A stretch of DNA of 64,000 bases from an uncultured Alphaproteobacteria bacterium (GCA_902612825.1 CACMET010000001.1:35014-99013), one strand, 5' to 3'; positions 10,320 to 21,337 are shown, counted from the first letter of the stretch. Numbers and translations: made by a program. Notes: a model not told the origin generated them from the sequence alone.

Positions 10320-11494
10320 TTAACATCAAAATAATTTTCTAAAATTCTAAAATAAATATTTTCTAATTTAATAATATCTTCAACAAAAACAAATTCATCT
10401 ACTTTATGAAGAGTTTGATTTCTAAGACCTAACTCTACTACTTCACAATAGTTCTTTATATATCTTGCATCTGAAGTACCACCATCGGTTGCTTGTTCAG
10501 GCGGACTATTTCTACCTGTGACATCAGAAATTGATTTTGAAATAATATTATATAAATCACCGGCTTTATTCAAAAATGACTCAGCTGTTGCATCATAAGT
10601 ATAAGTGCAACTAGCGTTTTCCAGTTTAGAGAAAATCTTTTCTATTTTATTATCAATCCATTTTATAAGTGAGTCAGATGAGTGCATATCATTAAATCTA
10701 ATATTAACTGTTGCTTTAGCTAATTCCGGAATTACGTTTTGAACAGGATTGCCAATATCAATAGTAGCGATTTGAACTGATGTTGGTAAAAAATTTTCAT
10801 TACCTTCATCTAGCGGCTTTTCTAATATACTATTTAATAAATTCACTAAGTGATGTGAAGAATTTTCAGCTAAATGAGAATTCGCAGTATGCCCTTGAAT
10901 ACCTTTTACCTGAAAAAAGAAACTAACTGATCCTCTTCTTCCAATTTTTACTTTATCTCCGACCTCATTTTTAGAAGTTGGTTCACCAACAAGACAATGA
11001 TCAAATTTATAATTTTGTTTACTTGCCCATTCTAGAATTCTTGGTGTGCCGTTTACAGAATCTCTTTCTTCATCTCCTGTAATAATGAATGAAATCTTAC
11101 CTGGAATATTTTTATATTTATCTACAAATCTTTTAGCGGCACTGATGAAACAAGCAACACTGCTTTTCATATCTTCACTACCTCTTCCATAAAGTTTACC
11201 ATTATCTATTCTTGCTGAAAAAGGAGGATATTTCCAAGAATTTTCATTTCCTACTGGAACTACATCTGTGTGACCAGCATAAGCAAAATGCTTTCCTTCA
11301 TTTCCTATCGTTGCAAATAAATTTTTTACTTCATAAGAATTGTTTCCAGAGAAAATTAATGGATGACAGTCACATCCTATAGCACTTAGATGATTTTCAA
11401 CGACTGTTAAAGCTCCCTCATCTTTTGGAGTTACACTTGCACATTTAACTAAGGATTGTGTAAGAGTAACTGGATCAAAATTAATTTCTGACAT
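10316..11494 (-). CDS. dapE: Succinyl-diaminopimelate desuccinylase
   Basis: 392 aa. M20 motifs AGHTDVVP, GRGSEDMKS, ITGDEE. Adjacent to dapD. Confidence 0.9.
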   Translation of the reverse strand: MSEINFDPVTLTQSLVKCASVTPKDEGALTVVENHLSAIGCDCHPLIFSGNNSYEVKNLFATIGNEGKHFAYAGHTDVVPVGNENSWKYPPFSARIDNGKLYGRGSEDMKSSVACFISAAKRFVDKYKNIPGKISFIITGDEERDSVNGTPRILEWASKQNYKFDHCLVGEPTSKNEVGDKVKIGRRGSVSFFFQVKGIQGHTANSHLAENSSHHLVNLLNSILEKPLDEGNENFLPTSVQIATIDIGNPVQNVIPELAKATVNIRFNDMHSSDSLIKWIDNKIEKIFSKLENASCTYTYDATAESFLNKAGDLYNIISKSISDVTGRNSPPEQATDGGTSDARYIKNYCEVVELGLRNQTLHKVDEFVFVEDIIKLENIYFRILENYFDVN

Positions 11495-12318
11495 TAATCT
11501 CTTAAAAGATCATTGATTGATGTTTTGCTTCTAGTTTTTTCATCAACTCTTTTAACAATAACTGCACAGTATAAAGAAGGATTAATATCTCCTTCTTTTT
11601 TTCCTGGTAATGTACCTGGTACCACAACTGAATACGCTGGAACTTTTCCCATATGAATTTCCCCAGTTGATCGATCGACTATTTTTGTAGACGCTCCAAT
11701 AAATACACCCATTGATAAAACCGCACCTTCACCAACAATAACACCTTCAGCCACTTCACTTCTAGCTCCAATAAAACAATTGTCTTCAATAATCACAGGA
11801 TTTGCTTGAAGAGGTTCAAGTACACCGCCAATACCAGCGCCTCCAGAAATATGACAGTTTTTACCTATTTGTGCACATGATCCAACTGTTGCCCAAGTAT
11901 CAATCATTGTTCCTTCGTCAACATATGCACCAAGATTTACAAAAGAAGGCATTAAAACAACACCTTTAGCAATAAATGCAGATTTTCTTACAACAGCGTC
12001 TGGTACATATCGAAATCCTGCTTTCAGATGATCATCTTTAGTCCAATTTGCAGTTTTGCTTTCTACTTTGTCAAACCAAGTAGCATGCGATGCTTTAATG
12101 ATTTCATTATCATTTAACCTGAAACTTAAAAGAATTGCCTTTTTAATCCATTGATTAACTTGCCATTCATTATTAATTTTTTCACAAACCCTTAAGCTTC
12201 CACTATCAAGTTTGTTTAAAGTTTCATCTACTGCATTTCTAATATCACCTGCAGTATTGACATTAATATTATCTCTCTCCTCAAAGGCATCATTTATAAT
12301 TCTTTCCAGATCACTCAT
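11494..12318 (-). CDS. dapD: Tetrahydrodipicolinate N-succinyltransferase
   Basis: 274 aa. Hexapeptide-repeat core after a DapD-type N-terminal domain. dapD-dapE pair. Confidence 0.93.
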   Translation of the reverse strand: MSDLERIINDAFEERDNINVNTAGDIRNAVDETLNKLDSGSLRVCEKINNEWQVNQWIKKAILLSFRLNDNEIIKASHATWFDKVESKTANWTKDDHLKAGFRYVPDAVVRKSAFIAKGVVLMPSFVNLGAYVDEGTMIDTWATVGSCAQIGKNCHISGGAGIGGVLEPLQANPVIIEDNCFIGARSEVAEGVIVGEGAVLSMGVFIGASTKIVDRSTGEIHMGKVPAYSVVVPGTLPGKKEGDINPSLYCAVIVKRVDEKTRSKTSINDLLRD

Positions 12319-12989
12319 ATTTTACCCTCATTTACATCTTTTAAAAATAAACTCAAATCTCTTGTTTGAAAATCTAAATATTCTTTAGATGCTTCAATAT
12401 CATCGGAAAAATTCTCATAACCAGCATCAACCCAGACAGGTGTAAAACCAACTTTTTTTGCTGGAACTAAATTCTTTGCAATATCGTCAAACATTGCGGA
12501 TTTATTTGCTTCGATATCAAATAAGTCGATAATTTTTTCATAGGGAGAAATTTCTGGCTTAGGAATATAATCAGCCATTTTAATATCATATATTTCATCA
12601 AAAAAGTTTGTTAGATTTATTTTATCTAACACATCTAAGACATGTTTCTTATTTGCATTTGTATAAATAATTTTTCTTCCCTCAAGTTTATATAATTCAT
12701 CATTAAGATTTTGATTTGGACCAACAATTGAGTAATCTAACTTATGAACTTCTTCTAAAAAATAATCAGGATCTATACCATGATTATCCATCATACCTCT
12801 TAATGTAGTGCCATGTTGCTTGTAATATTTTGCTTGTAGTTTTTTTGCTTCAGCTAATTCCATATTTAAATTTTTAGCTACAAACTCACCCATTAACTTA
12901 TGTACTTGCTGAAAAATTCCACTGTCTGCAGAGTACAGTGTGTTATCTAGATCAAATATCCAGGTATTGATGTTATCTTTAAAGCTCAT
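12315..12989 (-). CDS. Pyrimidine 5'-nucleotidase-like HAD-IA hydrolase
   Basis: 224 aa. Intact HAD motif I FDLDNTLY. Position between dapD and argB. Confidence 0.72.
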   Translation of the reverse strand: MSFKDNINTWIFDLDNTLYSADSGIFQQVHKLMGEFVAKNLNMELAEAKKLQAKYYKQHGTTLRGMMDNHGIDPDYFLEEVHKLDYSIVGPNQNLNDELYKLEGRKIIYTNANKKHVLDVLDKINLTNFFDEIYDIKMADYIPKPEISPYEKIIDLFDIEANKSAMFDDIAKNLVPAKKVGFTPVWVDAGYENFSDDIEASKEYLDFQTRDLSLFLKDVNEGKI

Positions 12990-13902
12990 TTAATTACTTG
13001 TTATTTGTGTACCAATTCCATGTTCAGTGAATAACTCTAATATTACTGAATGAGGAATTCTTCCATCTAAAATAGTAGATTTTTTAACACCTTTTTTCAT
13101 TGCATCAATACATGTATTAATTTTCGGCTTCATACCTCCAGAAATATATTCTTTATTAGCAATATTTTTAGCTTCTTCTAAAGTTATTGATGAGATTAAT
13201 TTTTCATCTTTGTCTAAAATTCCAGGTACATCGGTTAGTAATAATAATTTACTTGCCTGTAACTCACCCGCTATAAAACCCGCAACAGTGTCAGCATTAA
13301 TATTATATGTAAAATTATTTTCATCCTTACCTAAAGGAGATATGACAGGTATTTGACCATTTTTTTATAAAGCTAGTTAGCATATCTTTGTTTAATTTTT
13401 TTGGTTGTCCAACAAAACCAATATCAACTATTTTTTCAATATTTGAATCACTATCTTTAATTTCTACATTCAATTTAGTTGCAGTGACTAAGTTATCATT
13501 ACCAGATACTCCTATCGCTTTTCCTCCAGATGCACTTATAGATTCTACTATTTCTGAATTGATATCTTTAGATAAAACTTCCTCAACTACCTTAATTGTT
13601 TCTTTATCAGTAACTCGTAATCCTTCAACAAATTGTGTTGATATATTTTTTGATTTAAGTCTCTCACCAATTTGAGGCCCTCCACCATGAATAATAATTG
13701 GTGACACACCTACTTCTTTTAATAACCCAATATCTCTTGAAAAACTCTCAGACAGTTTTTTATCTCCCATTGCATGTCCACCGTATTTTATTACAATGGT
13801 ATCACCACTATGTTCTCGAATGTATGGAAGAGCTTCAACTAAGGTTGAGGCTTTATGAATAAAATAAGCCTGATCACTCTCTGATAAAAAATCAAATTTC
13901 AT
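12990..13902 (-). pseudogene. argB: Acetylglutamate kinase interrupted by a +1 frameshift in a homopolymer (T7 on + strand, 13360-13366)
   Basis: Track ORF 13327-13902 gives the N-terminal 191 aa and stops 11 codons after the run. The next frame continues NGQIPVISPLGKDENNFTYNINADTVAGFIAG...ISGGMKPKINTCIDAM...LELFTEHGIGTQITSN to a stop at 12990. Total span is 913 nt (3n+1); removing one A restores a ~303-aa ArgB. Confidence 0.85.
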
Positions 13903-13904
13903 AT

Positions 13905-14525
13905 TTATTGTGATAACCCGTATATAGATCTTTGAATCTCTGTAATACCATTATTTTTTTTGGTCTCAGATTGATAAATTTTCGTAAATGATTTTGCATA
14001 ATTTTGCATTAAACTTAAAATTGATTTTTTTTGATATTCTAAATAGTTATTAGATATTTTATCTATTTTAGTTAAAATTATTGAAAATTTTCTTGAACAA
14101 TCACTCAATAAATCCAACATATCAATATCAGAATTTTTGATACCAACTTTTGAGTCAATGAGTAAAAAAACATGATCAAGTGTATCTCTATTTTCTATAT
14201 ATTCTTCAATCAGGGTCATTAAGTTTTCTCGAGCAACTTTTGATACTTTGGCAAAACCATAACCTGGTAAATCAATCATATTTATTTTTTCACTAATTAA
14301 AAAAACATTTATAGCCTGAGTTCTTCCTGGAGTTTTACTAGTTTTCGCTAGTTTTTTTGTTTTAGTTAACGAATTTATTAAACTAGATTTTCCAACATTA
14401 GATCTACCTATAAAACAACATTCTTTTTTTATATCTGAATAAGGAATGTCTTTAAATGACTGAAAGGAACCTAAAAACTTATTATTATTAAAAAAGTTAT
14501 TTAAATTTTTATTTAAGCTAGCCAT
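13905..14525 (-). CDS. engB: Ribosome biogenesis GTP-binding protein EngB/YihA
   Basis: 206 aa. G1 GRSNVGKSSLIN, G3 DLPGYG, G4 TKIDK. Confidence 0.9.
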   Translation of the reverse strand: MASLNKNLNNFFNNNKFLGSFQSFKDIPYSDIKKECCFIGRSNVGKSSLINSLTKTKKLAKTSKTPGRTQAINVFLISEKINMIDLPGYGFAKVSKVARENLMTLIEEYIENRDTLDHVFLLIDSKVGIKNSDIDMLDLLSDCSRKFSIILTKIDKISNNYLEYQKKSILSLMQNYAKSFTKIYQSETKKNNGITEIQRSIYGLSQ

Positions 14526-16245
14526 TTTTGGCTAAAATTCTTCTTTGAATATACCATTGCTGCGCAATTGATAAAATATTGTTCACTGACCAATATAAAA
14601 CTAAACCAGCTGCAAAACCAGCTAGTACAAAAGTAAATACAAATGGAAGTAATGCAAAAATTCTAGCCTGTGTTGGATCAGCGGGAGCAGGATTTAGTTT
14701 TTGTTGTAACCACATAGTGAAGCCCATAATGATAGGAAGAATACCAATATCAATTATTGAAAGTATAGGTGGCACATCCCAAGGAACTAATCCAAATATT
14801 GTCATTAAGCCTAATGGGTCTGGCGCAGATAGATCATGAATCCATCCATAAAAAGGAGCGTGATACATCTCTATCGTAACAAACAATACTTTATACAAAG
14901 AGAAGAAAATTGGTATTTGTACTAAAATTGGTAGACAACCCGCAACAGGATTAGCACCCTCTCTTTTATACAAGGCCATTAGTTCTTGCTGCATTTTTTG
15001 TCTGTCATTTGGATATGTTTCTTTTAATCTTTGCATATCAGGCTGAAGTTTTTTCATCTTTGCCATAGATTTAAAAGATGCTTGTGCCAGTGGGAATAAA
15101 ATTAAACGCATTAAAATGGTAAAGGCAATTATTGCTAGACCAAAATTACCTGCATAACCAAAAAACCAATTAATGGCATATGAAACAGGTTTAGTTAAAA
15201 AACTAAACCAGCCCCAGTCAATTGCATCAGTAAATCTTGGTATAGAGAGATTTTCGTCATAAGCACTTAAGACATTTAATTTTTTTGCACCCACAAATAA
15301 TTTTCCGCCGTAAGATATATTTTCACCCGAGTTAATTTTATATATCTGACCAACATAACCTGCCCTATAGCTATCACGTCCATTATTACCATACCTATAA
15401 TTGACGTTAATGGATTGGTCAGCATCAGGAATTAAAGCAGACATCCAATATTTGTCTGTAAAACCTAACCAACCTCCTTGTGTTTTATTATCGCAAAACT
15501 CTTTTTTTGTTTGCATTGATGAATTACAATCATCGGCAATATCATCATAATTTTTTTCCAATAATTCGTCGTTTATTAGACTAATTAAACCCTCGTGAAG
15601 TATAAAAAAATTAATTGTATCTGGTGTGTTTATTCTTTTGATTAATCTGTATGGAAAAACTTCAATATCTTCACCACTGTTATTTTCTATTTCCTGTGTA
15701 ATTGTAAACATATACTCATCATCAACTTGATAGTTGATTTTGAAAGTTATATTTTTATTATTCGTCCAACTAAGTGTAACAGGGCTTGAGGGGTTTAGAG
15801 TGGTAGAGTTAGTTTTCCAATTTGTTTCTAAATTAGGTAATTCAATGTTAGAATTTTTTAGCTCTTTCCAACCTGTTTCAATATAATATGGATTAGCAGT
15901 CCCATCCGGTAACAAAAGCTGTATATTATTCGAATCAGGTTCTAAGCTAGTTTTATATTTTGATAATATGAGGTCATCTAAAATTGCTCCTTTTAAATTT
16001 ATAGAACCTTTAATAGATGCATTTTCAAAAATAACTCTATCGGTTTGAATTAAAGCTTCATCTCTACTTTGTATTTCTGAAACAGCTTGGCTGCTTTGTC
16101 CGTCAATGGATGTTGCGGGCTGTAATACTTCATCTTCTTCAAAGGATGTTGTTTGAATTGGTTGAGTTGGAAATAATAATTGAAAAAAAATAATTATCGC
16201 AATTGAAATACCAATAGCCAAATATAAATTTCTTTGCTCGTTCAT
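14518..16245 (-). CDS. yidC: Membrane protein insertase YidC
   Basis: 575 aa. N-terminal TM, large periplasmic domain, C-terminal multi-TM insertase core. rpmH-rnpA-yidD-yidC cluster. Confidence 0.95.
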   Translation of the reverse strand: MNEQRNLYLAIGISIAIIIFFQLLFPTQPIQTTSFEEDEVLQPATSIDGQSSQAVSEIQSRDEALIQTDRVIFENASIKGSINLKGAILDDLILSKYKTSLEPDSNNIQLLLPDGTANPYYIETGWKELKNSNIELPNLETNWKTNSTTLNPSSPVTLSWTNNKNITFKINYQVDDEYMFTITQEIENNSGEDIEVFPYRLIKRINTPDTINFFILHEGLISLINDELLEKNYDDIADDCNSSMQTKKEFCDNKTQGGWLGFTDKYWMSALIPDADQSINVNYRYGNNGRDSYRAGYVGQIYKINSGENISYGGKLFVGAKKLNVLSAYDENLSIPRFTDAIDWGWFSFLTKPVSYAINWFFGYAGNFGLAIIAFTILMRLILFPLAQASFKSMAKMKKLQPDMQRLKETYPNDRQKMQQELMALYKREGANPVAGCLPILVQIPIFFSLYKVLFVTIEMYHAPFYGWIHDLSAPDPLGLMTIFGLVPWDVPPILSIIDIGILPIIMGFTMWLQQKLNPAPADPTQARIFALLPFVFTFVLAGFAAGLVLYWSVNNILSIAQQWYIQRRILAKNG

Positions 16246-16487
16246 TTATTTAACTCAGATTTTTTTGGTACTGGATCAAATCCGTGGGAACCCCAGGGAT
16301 GACATTTTGAAATTCTTTTCACCGATAAAATTGATCCTTTAAATAACCCATGTTCCTTTAATGCTTTAATAGAATACTCAGAACAGGTTGGTAAATACCG
16401 ACAATTCTGCCCAAGTATTGGTGAAATCAATAACTGGTATAATCTAATTATTATGATTAAAGGTAATGAAATATATTTACTAACCAT
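16242..16487 (-). CDS. yidD: Membrane protein insertion efficiency factor YidD
   Basis: 81 aa. [10 protein letters not shown] and CHPWG motifs. Confidence 0.9.
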   Translation of the reverse strand: MVSKYISLPLIIIIRLYQLLISPILGQNCRYLPTCSEYSIKALKEHGLFKGSILSVKRISKCHPWGSHGFDPVPKKSELNK

Positions 16488-16809
16488 TTATCTTTCCCTT
16501 AAGTTCTAATAAAAGTTTATCAAATTTCTCTTCGAGCAATGACGTTTTAGCTATTAACACATAATATGAATTAATTTTACCATTAATAATAATTTTTCTA
16601 GCTAATTCTCTCATTATTCTCTTTGCTCTATTTCTTTTTACTGCGTTGCCAATTTTTTTGGAAGCTGTGTATCCTACACCTATAGAATTTTCTAGATCTT
16701 GATTGTGTAAAATTTGGATATTCATATTTTTACCTTTTATAAATTCTCCCTCGTTTCGTATCATAACGAAAGTCGATCTTTTCTTAATTGTAAATAATGT
16801 TTGGGCCAT
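16480..16809 (-). CDS. rnpA: Ribonuclease P protein component
   Basis: 109 aa, basic. [14 protein letters not shown] region. Immediately downstream of rpmH. Confidence 0.88.
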   Translation of the reverse strand: MAQTLFTIKKRSTFVMIRNEGEFIKGKNMNIQILHNQDLENSIGVGYTASKKIGNAVKRNRAKRIMRELARKIIINGKINSYYVLIAKTSLLEEKFDKLLLELKGKING

Positions 16810-16818
16810 TTGGCCTTT

Positions 16819-16953
16819 TTAAGCGCTTAATTGAGCTCTTCCTTTTGCACGTCTTCTATTAATGATTTGACGACCTGCTTTAGTTGCCATTCTAGCCCTA
16901 AAACCGTGTCTTCTTTTTCTAATTACTCTACTAGGTTGGTAAGTGCGTTTCAT
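16819..16953 (-). CDS. rpmH: 50S ribosomal protein L34
   Basis: Not in the track (44 aa). Minus-strand translation is [44 protein letters not shown]. Confidence 0.95.
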   Translation of the reverse strand: MKRTYQPSRVIRKRRHGFRARMATKAGRQIINRRRAKGRAQLSA

Positions 16954-17016
16954 AATAAATCTCTGGGCCTAATACGAATTCATTATATATAAGTCAAATA
17001 TTTACTTATGTAATCG

Positions 17017-17847
17017 ATGAAAATTTTCAGAAAAGCTAGTGAATTAGAGCCAAATTTAGTTTCAATCAAAGACAAGGGTCAGTCTATTGGTTTAGTTTTA
17101 ACAATGGGAAACTTACACGATGGACATTTATCTCTCATTAGAGAAGCACAATTACATAACGAATTTGTGATCTGTTCAATATTTATTAATCCTACTCAAT
17201 TTAACAATGAAAATGATTTCAATTCTTATCCAAAGACAATTGATGAAGATATTTCTAAATTAGAAAATATTGGTTGTAATTTACTCTTCTTACCTGAAGT
17301 TCAAGAGATATACCCTAAAGGATTGGCAAAGAAAAAAATTGTAAACAATTTTAGAAATATTTTATGTGATAAATTTCGACCTGGCCATTTTGATGGAGTT
17401 ACTACTGTTGTGGATCTTTTTTTTAATATGATTAAACCAACGAATAGTTATTTTGGTGAGAAGGATTTTCAGCAAGTAAAAATAATACAAGATTTAGTAA
17501 AAATTAATCATCACAATATTAAAATAATTCAATGCCCATCTGTACGAGATAAAATGGGTATGAGTTTATCTTCAAGGAACTCTAAATTTTCTAATGATCA
17601 ATTAAAAATTTTCAATGTATTAGGAAATAAAATTAAAGAACATATTAATCGATTAACACAAAATGAAATTAATAATTTAGATCAATTAAAAATAGAGCTC
17701 CTCCAAAATAATATAAATAAAATTGACTATTTAGAGATAAGAAATGAAAATAATTTAGAAATAACAAAAAATTATTCTGAAGCTAGATTATTTATTGCTT
17801 TATATATTGGTGATATAAGAATTATTGACAATTTTAAGTTATATTAA
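17017..17847 (+). CDS. panC: Pantoate--beta-alanine ligase
   Basis: 276 aa. TMGNLHDGHLSL (HxGH) and GEKDFQQ motifs. Confidence 0.92.
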   Translation: MKIFRKASELEPNLVSIKDKGQSIGLVLTMGNLHDGHLSLIREAQLHNEFVICSIFINPTQFNNENDFNSYPKTIDEDISKLENIGCNLLFLPEVQEIYPKGLAKKKIVNNFRNILCDKFRPGHFDGVTTVVDLFFNMIKPTNSYFGEKDFQQVKIIQDLVKINHHNIKIIQCPSVRDKMGMSLSSRNSKFSNDQLKIFNVLGNKIKEHINRLTQNEINNLDQLKIELLQNNINKIDYLEIRNENNLEITKNYSEARLFIALYIGDIRIIDNFKLY

Positions 17848-18452
17848 GGTATTAACCAATTATATTCTGGTTCACTATTTTTAAATGTTAATTTTAATCT
17901 ACGATGACCTGAAATTTCTAAATAAAGCCAATCAATTTCATTAATTTTATTTTCAACTACTGTAAAATTTTTATATCCTTTTTCACTTTCTTCATGACTT
18001 GGCTCCTTGCCAGTTAAATGTTCAGGGATACCATCTTCTGGAAACTCAGTGATTGAACTTGGATCTTTTAATGTTAAGTAACATTTTCTACTAAACAATC
18101 TTGTTTTGTCCCACATTTCTTTAGCTTTATCATTTTGATTATTAACCAAAGACGTTGTTTTGATTCGCATTTGAATTTTTAATTTATGATCATAAAAAAC
18201 AAATTGAGAACTACTATTTTTTTTTAAATTAGGCACTTTGGGAGATCTGAAGTCTGTGTGAAAATTTAGTGTCATGCTACTAGGATCAAATTTTCTTAAG
18301 ACTACAACTCTAGAATCTATTCCACCTTCACTATCAATATTACTAAAGACTGGCGTATGAAATGCGTGTTTTCTATCTTTAACTCCTCTAGTTAAATTTT
18401 TCTTTATATCCTCAAATATTTCTGGAGCATTTTCTTTTGAAGAAGTCGACAT
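17844..18452 (-). CDS. Pyridoxamine 5'-phosphate oxidase-like FMN-binding family protein
   Basis: 202 aa. RVVVLRKFD...FHTDFRSPK pattern of PNPOx-like split-barrel proteins. Family-level call only. Confidence 0.5.
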   Translation of the reverse strand: MSTSSKENAPEIFEDIKKNLTRGVKDRKHAFHTPVFSNIDSEGGIDSRVVVLRKFDPSSMTLNFHTDFRSPKVPNLKKNSSSQFVFYDHKLKIQMRIKTTSLVNNQNDKAKEMWDKTRLFSRKCYLTLKDPSSITEFPEDGIPEHLTGKEPSHEESEKGYKNFTVVENKINEIDWLYLEISGHRRLKLTFKNSEPEYNWLIP

Positions 18453-18493
18453 TGTTAATGTAATATAAATTGTTTTGAAGAAATAGCTAGATA

Positions 18494-19288
18494 ATGGAAA
18501 TAAATAAAATTACGAATTTATTGAATCTGGAGCATGTTAAGTTTTTAATATCTATCTTTAAAGAAAATAATATTGAAATTCGATTAGTAGGAGGATGTAT
18601 ACGAGATGCTCTTCTTGAAAGAGAAATCAAAGATATTGATACAGCAACAACCTTGGAGCCTCAGGATGTTTTGTCATTACTAAAAGAGAACAATATTGAA
18701 TATGATGATTTTGCTATTCGATATGGATCTATAATTGCTTATCCTCATAATCGAAAAATACAAATTACAACTTTACGTGAAGATATTAATCAAATGGGAA
18801 GACATACAAATGTAATTTACACCAACAGCTGGAAAAAAGATTCAGCCAGAAGAGATTTTACTTTCAATGCTTTATATGTTGGAAACAATAATAAACTACA
18901 TGATTATTACAATGGCCAATCAGATTTAAATGAGAGTAAAATTTGTTTTATTGGTGAAATAGAGGATAGAATAAAAGAAGATTACCTAAGAATCTATCGA
19001 TACTTTAGATTTAGAGGTTTATTTAATTTACCTAATACATCTTTAAGTGATCAAAAAATTGTAGAAAAATACATTCACGAATCTTTGGCAGTGTTGACCA
19101 ACGATGTAATAAGGCAAGAAATATTAAAAATGTTTAATATGTCTTTTCCTTTAAATTGTTTTTACATATCTCATCAAACGTTACAAAAATTTAAATGGGT
19201 TGAGATAGTACAAGAGCATTTCATACGAACAAAATATGATCTTGGATTAAATAAATGTCTGAATAAGATTGATAATTTAATAAATTAG
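18494..19288 (+). CDS. Class II tRNA nucleotidyltransferase / poly(A) polymerase family, head+neck only (264 aa)
   Basis: GGCIRDALL, DIDTAT, TLRED, RRDFTFNALY and EDYLRIYRYFRF motifs. Ends where the convergent zur gene ends. Confidence 0.8.
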   Translation: MEINKITNLLNLEHVKFLISIFKENNIEIRLVGGCIRDALLEREIKDIDTATTLEPQDVLSLLKENNIEYDDFAIRYGSIIAYPHNRKIQITTLREDINQMGRHTNVIYTNSWKKDSARRDFTFNALYVGNNNKLHDYYNGQSDLNESKICFIGEIEDRIKEDYLRIYRYFRFRGLFNLPNTSLSDQKIVEKYIHESLAVLTNDVIRQEILKMFNMSFPLNCFYISHQTLQKFKWVEIVQEHFIRTKYDLGLNKCLNKIDNLIN

Positions 19289-19689
19289 TTTTTTAGTTTA
19301 CAATTTTCGCACAAACCAAATATTTCTAAATTATGTTTTTTATAATTGAAGTTATTTTTTTCTGCTTGTTTTGAAAAATAAGAAAACAAATTATTTCCAG
19401 TTAGCTCAGTAACACTATCACAGTTTTCACATATCAAAAAAGATGTAGAAGTTTTTGCATTACAGCCTTCATGCTTACAAGCAACATATGAATTTCTACT
19501 TTCTATTTTATGTACTTTGCCAATTTCTATAAGCTTATCTAAAGCTCTATAAACTTGAAGAGGAGATTTAATTCCTTTTTTTTGAATATCAAAAAGAATT
19601 GTATATGCCTTAAGAGGTTCTGATGCGCTTTCTAAAATATCAAGAACTGTTTGTTGATTTTTAGTTAAGTTTAAAGTTTCTAAAGACAT
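19285..19689 (-). CDS. zur: Fur-family zinc uptake regulator
   Basis: 134 aa. Winged-helix N-terminus and two CENC pairs. Last gene of the znuC-znuB-zur string. Confidence 0.75.
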   Translation of the reverse strand: MSLETLNLTKNQQTVLDILESASEPLKAYTILFDIQKKGIKSPLQVYRALDKLIEIGKVHKIESRNSYVACKHEGCNAKTSTSFLICENCDSVTELTGNNLFSYFSKQAEKNNFNYKKHNLEIFGLCENCKLKN

Positions 19690-19708
19690 ATTCTAGATTA
19701 CCAAATTG

Positions 19709-20515
19709 CTATCGTTTTTGCAACTGACCCTTAATTTCAAGAGGAACTAATGAAATAATGAAAAGTATTAAAGCCACCACTATTATCGAAGGCCCTGAAG
19801 AAGTATTTATTTCTAAAGAAGCAAATAATCCAACTACTACTGATAAAATACCTGATAAGATTGCGATAACAATCATTTGTCTAGGACTGTTGCTAATGTT
19901 TCTGGCAATAGCTGCAGGAATTAAAAGCAAACCTGTAATTAATAGTGCCCCAATCATTTTTATAGACAAAGCAATTACTCCTGCCAATAAAAGGGTAAAT
20001 ATAAAATTAGAAAATTCAGGCCGCATACCTTCAGCAGCTGACAAATCATAATTTACAGTTGCTGAAAATAAAGATTTCCAAATAAAATATAAGATAATTA
20101 ATATTATGCTTCCACCTATCCAAACTAAACCAATGTCTGCAGTTGTCACTGCAAGAATATCGCCAAATAATAATCCCATGAGATCAAATCGGATGTAAGA
20201 TAAAAAACCAATCAATACTAAACCGATGGCAAGTGTTGAGTGAGCAAGAAGTCCAAGTAAAGAATCTCCAGCTAGTTTTGTTCTTTTTTGTAAGCTTACA
20301 AGAAGTAAAGCAACAACAGCTGATATTACAAACACAGAAAAAGCAATATTTAAACTAAATGAGTATGCTAATGTTACTCCTAAAAGGGCTGAGTGAGATA
20401 AGGTGTCACCAAAATATGATAACCTCCTCCAGATAACTAAACATCCAAGTGGTCCAGCAACAATAGCTATACCAACCCCTGCAACAAGTGCACGAATAAA
20501 AAAATCATCAAACAT
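19709..20515 (-). CDS. znuB: Zinc ABC transporter permease
   Basis: 268 aa, multi-TM ABC-3 type permease between znuC and zur. Confidence 0.88.
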   Translation of the reverse strand: MFDDFFIRALVAGVGIAIVAGPLGCLVIWRRLSYFGDTLSHSALLGVTLAYSFSLNIAFSVFVISAVVALLLVSLQKRTKLAGDSLLGLLAHSTLAIGLVLIGFLSYIRFDLMGLLFGDILAVTTADIGLVWIGGSIILIILYFIWKSLFSATVNYDLSAAEGMRPEFSNFIFTLLLAGVIALSIKMIGALLITGLLLIPAAIARNISNSPRQMIVIAILSGILSVVVGLFASLEINTSSGPSIIVVALILFIISLVPLEIKGQLQKR

Positions 20516-21258
20516 TAATTTTTAACACTCCCATCTGTCTGATGTGAATGATCATGTTCATGTTGATAGAGCGATAGGGTAGCAGCATTATGTTCTCCAA
20601 ATAATTCTATGTAGGAAGAATTTTTTACTATTGATTTAGGTGATCCAGAACAACAAATGTGACCATTTAAACAAATTACATGATCTGTTGCAGACATAAC
20701 AAAATGGAGATCATGAGATATAAGAAGGATGCCACAATTTAATTTGGTACAAATTTCTTTTATAAGATTGTATAGAGCTATTTCTCCATTAAAATCTACT
20801 CCCTGCACAGGTTCATCTAAAACAAGTAGATCTGGTTTTTTAGCAATTGCTCTTGCGATTAAAACTCTCTGAAATTCTCCACCAGATAAGTTATGAATCT
20901 CATTGTATATTAAATGCTGAACCCCTGTTAATTCTAGAGCTTCAATAATTTCATCTTTATTAATATGACTTGTTAGATTCATAAAATCTATAACTCGAAG
21001 TGGCATAGTCCAATCAATACTAATTTTTTGAGGAACATATGCCATTTTTGTTGAATAATTTTCAATTGAACCTTCATCTGATTTTAGAATATTAAGTGCC
21101 ATTTTAGCGGTAGTTGTTTTTCCTGAGCCATTTGGGCCAATCAAGGTTACAATTTTGCCCTTGTGAATTTCAAGAGAGATACCTTTTACAATCCATTTTG
21201 AAGATTTTTGGACACCGCAATCTTTTAATCTTACCAATAAATTATTATTTTCGTTCAT
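20515..21258 (-). CDS. znuC: Zinc ABC transporter ATP-binding protein
   Basis: 247 aa. Walker A GPNGSGKTT, signature LSGGEFQR, Walker B LLVLDEP, His-rich tail HEHDHSHQ. Confidence 0.88.
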   Translation of the reverse strand: MNENNNLLVRLKDCGVQKSSKWIVKGISLEIHKGKIVTLIGPNGSGKTTTAKMALNILKSDEGSIENYSTKMAYVPQKISIDWTMPLRVIDFMNLTSHINKDEIIEALELTGVQHLIYNEIHNLSGGEFQRVLIARAIAKKPDLLVLDEPVQGVDFNGEIALYNLIKEICTKLNCGILLISHDLHFVMSATDHVICLNGHICCSGSPKSIVKNSSYIELFGEHNAATLSLYQHEHDHSHQTDGSVKN

Positions 21259-21280
21259 TTTTGTATTTACAATCTAAAAT

Positions 21281-21298
21281 GTAATATTATAACATTAC
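21281..21298. promoter_or_regulatory. Zur-box-like palindrome in the znuC / znuA divergent region
   Basis: GTAATATTATAACATTAC, an 18-bp inverted repeat with one mismatched pair. Right half TATAACATTAC resembles the recalled Zur consensus half TATAACATTTC. Lies 23 bp from the znuC start and 40 bp from the znuA start. Confidence 0.6.
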
Positions 21299-21337
21299 GT
21301 TCATTAACAGACTTAATTATTAATAGGAACATTTTTT

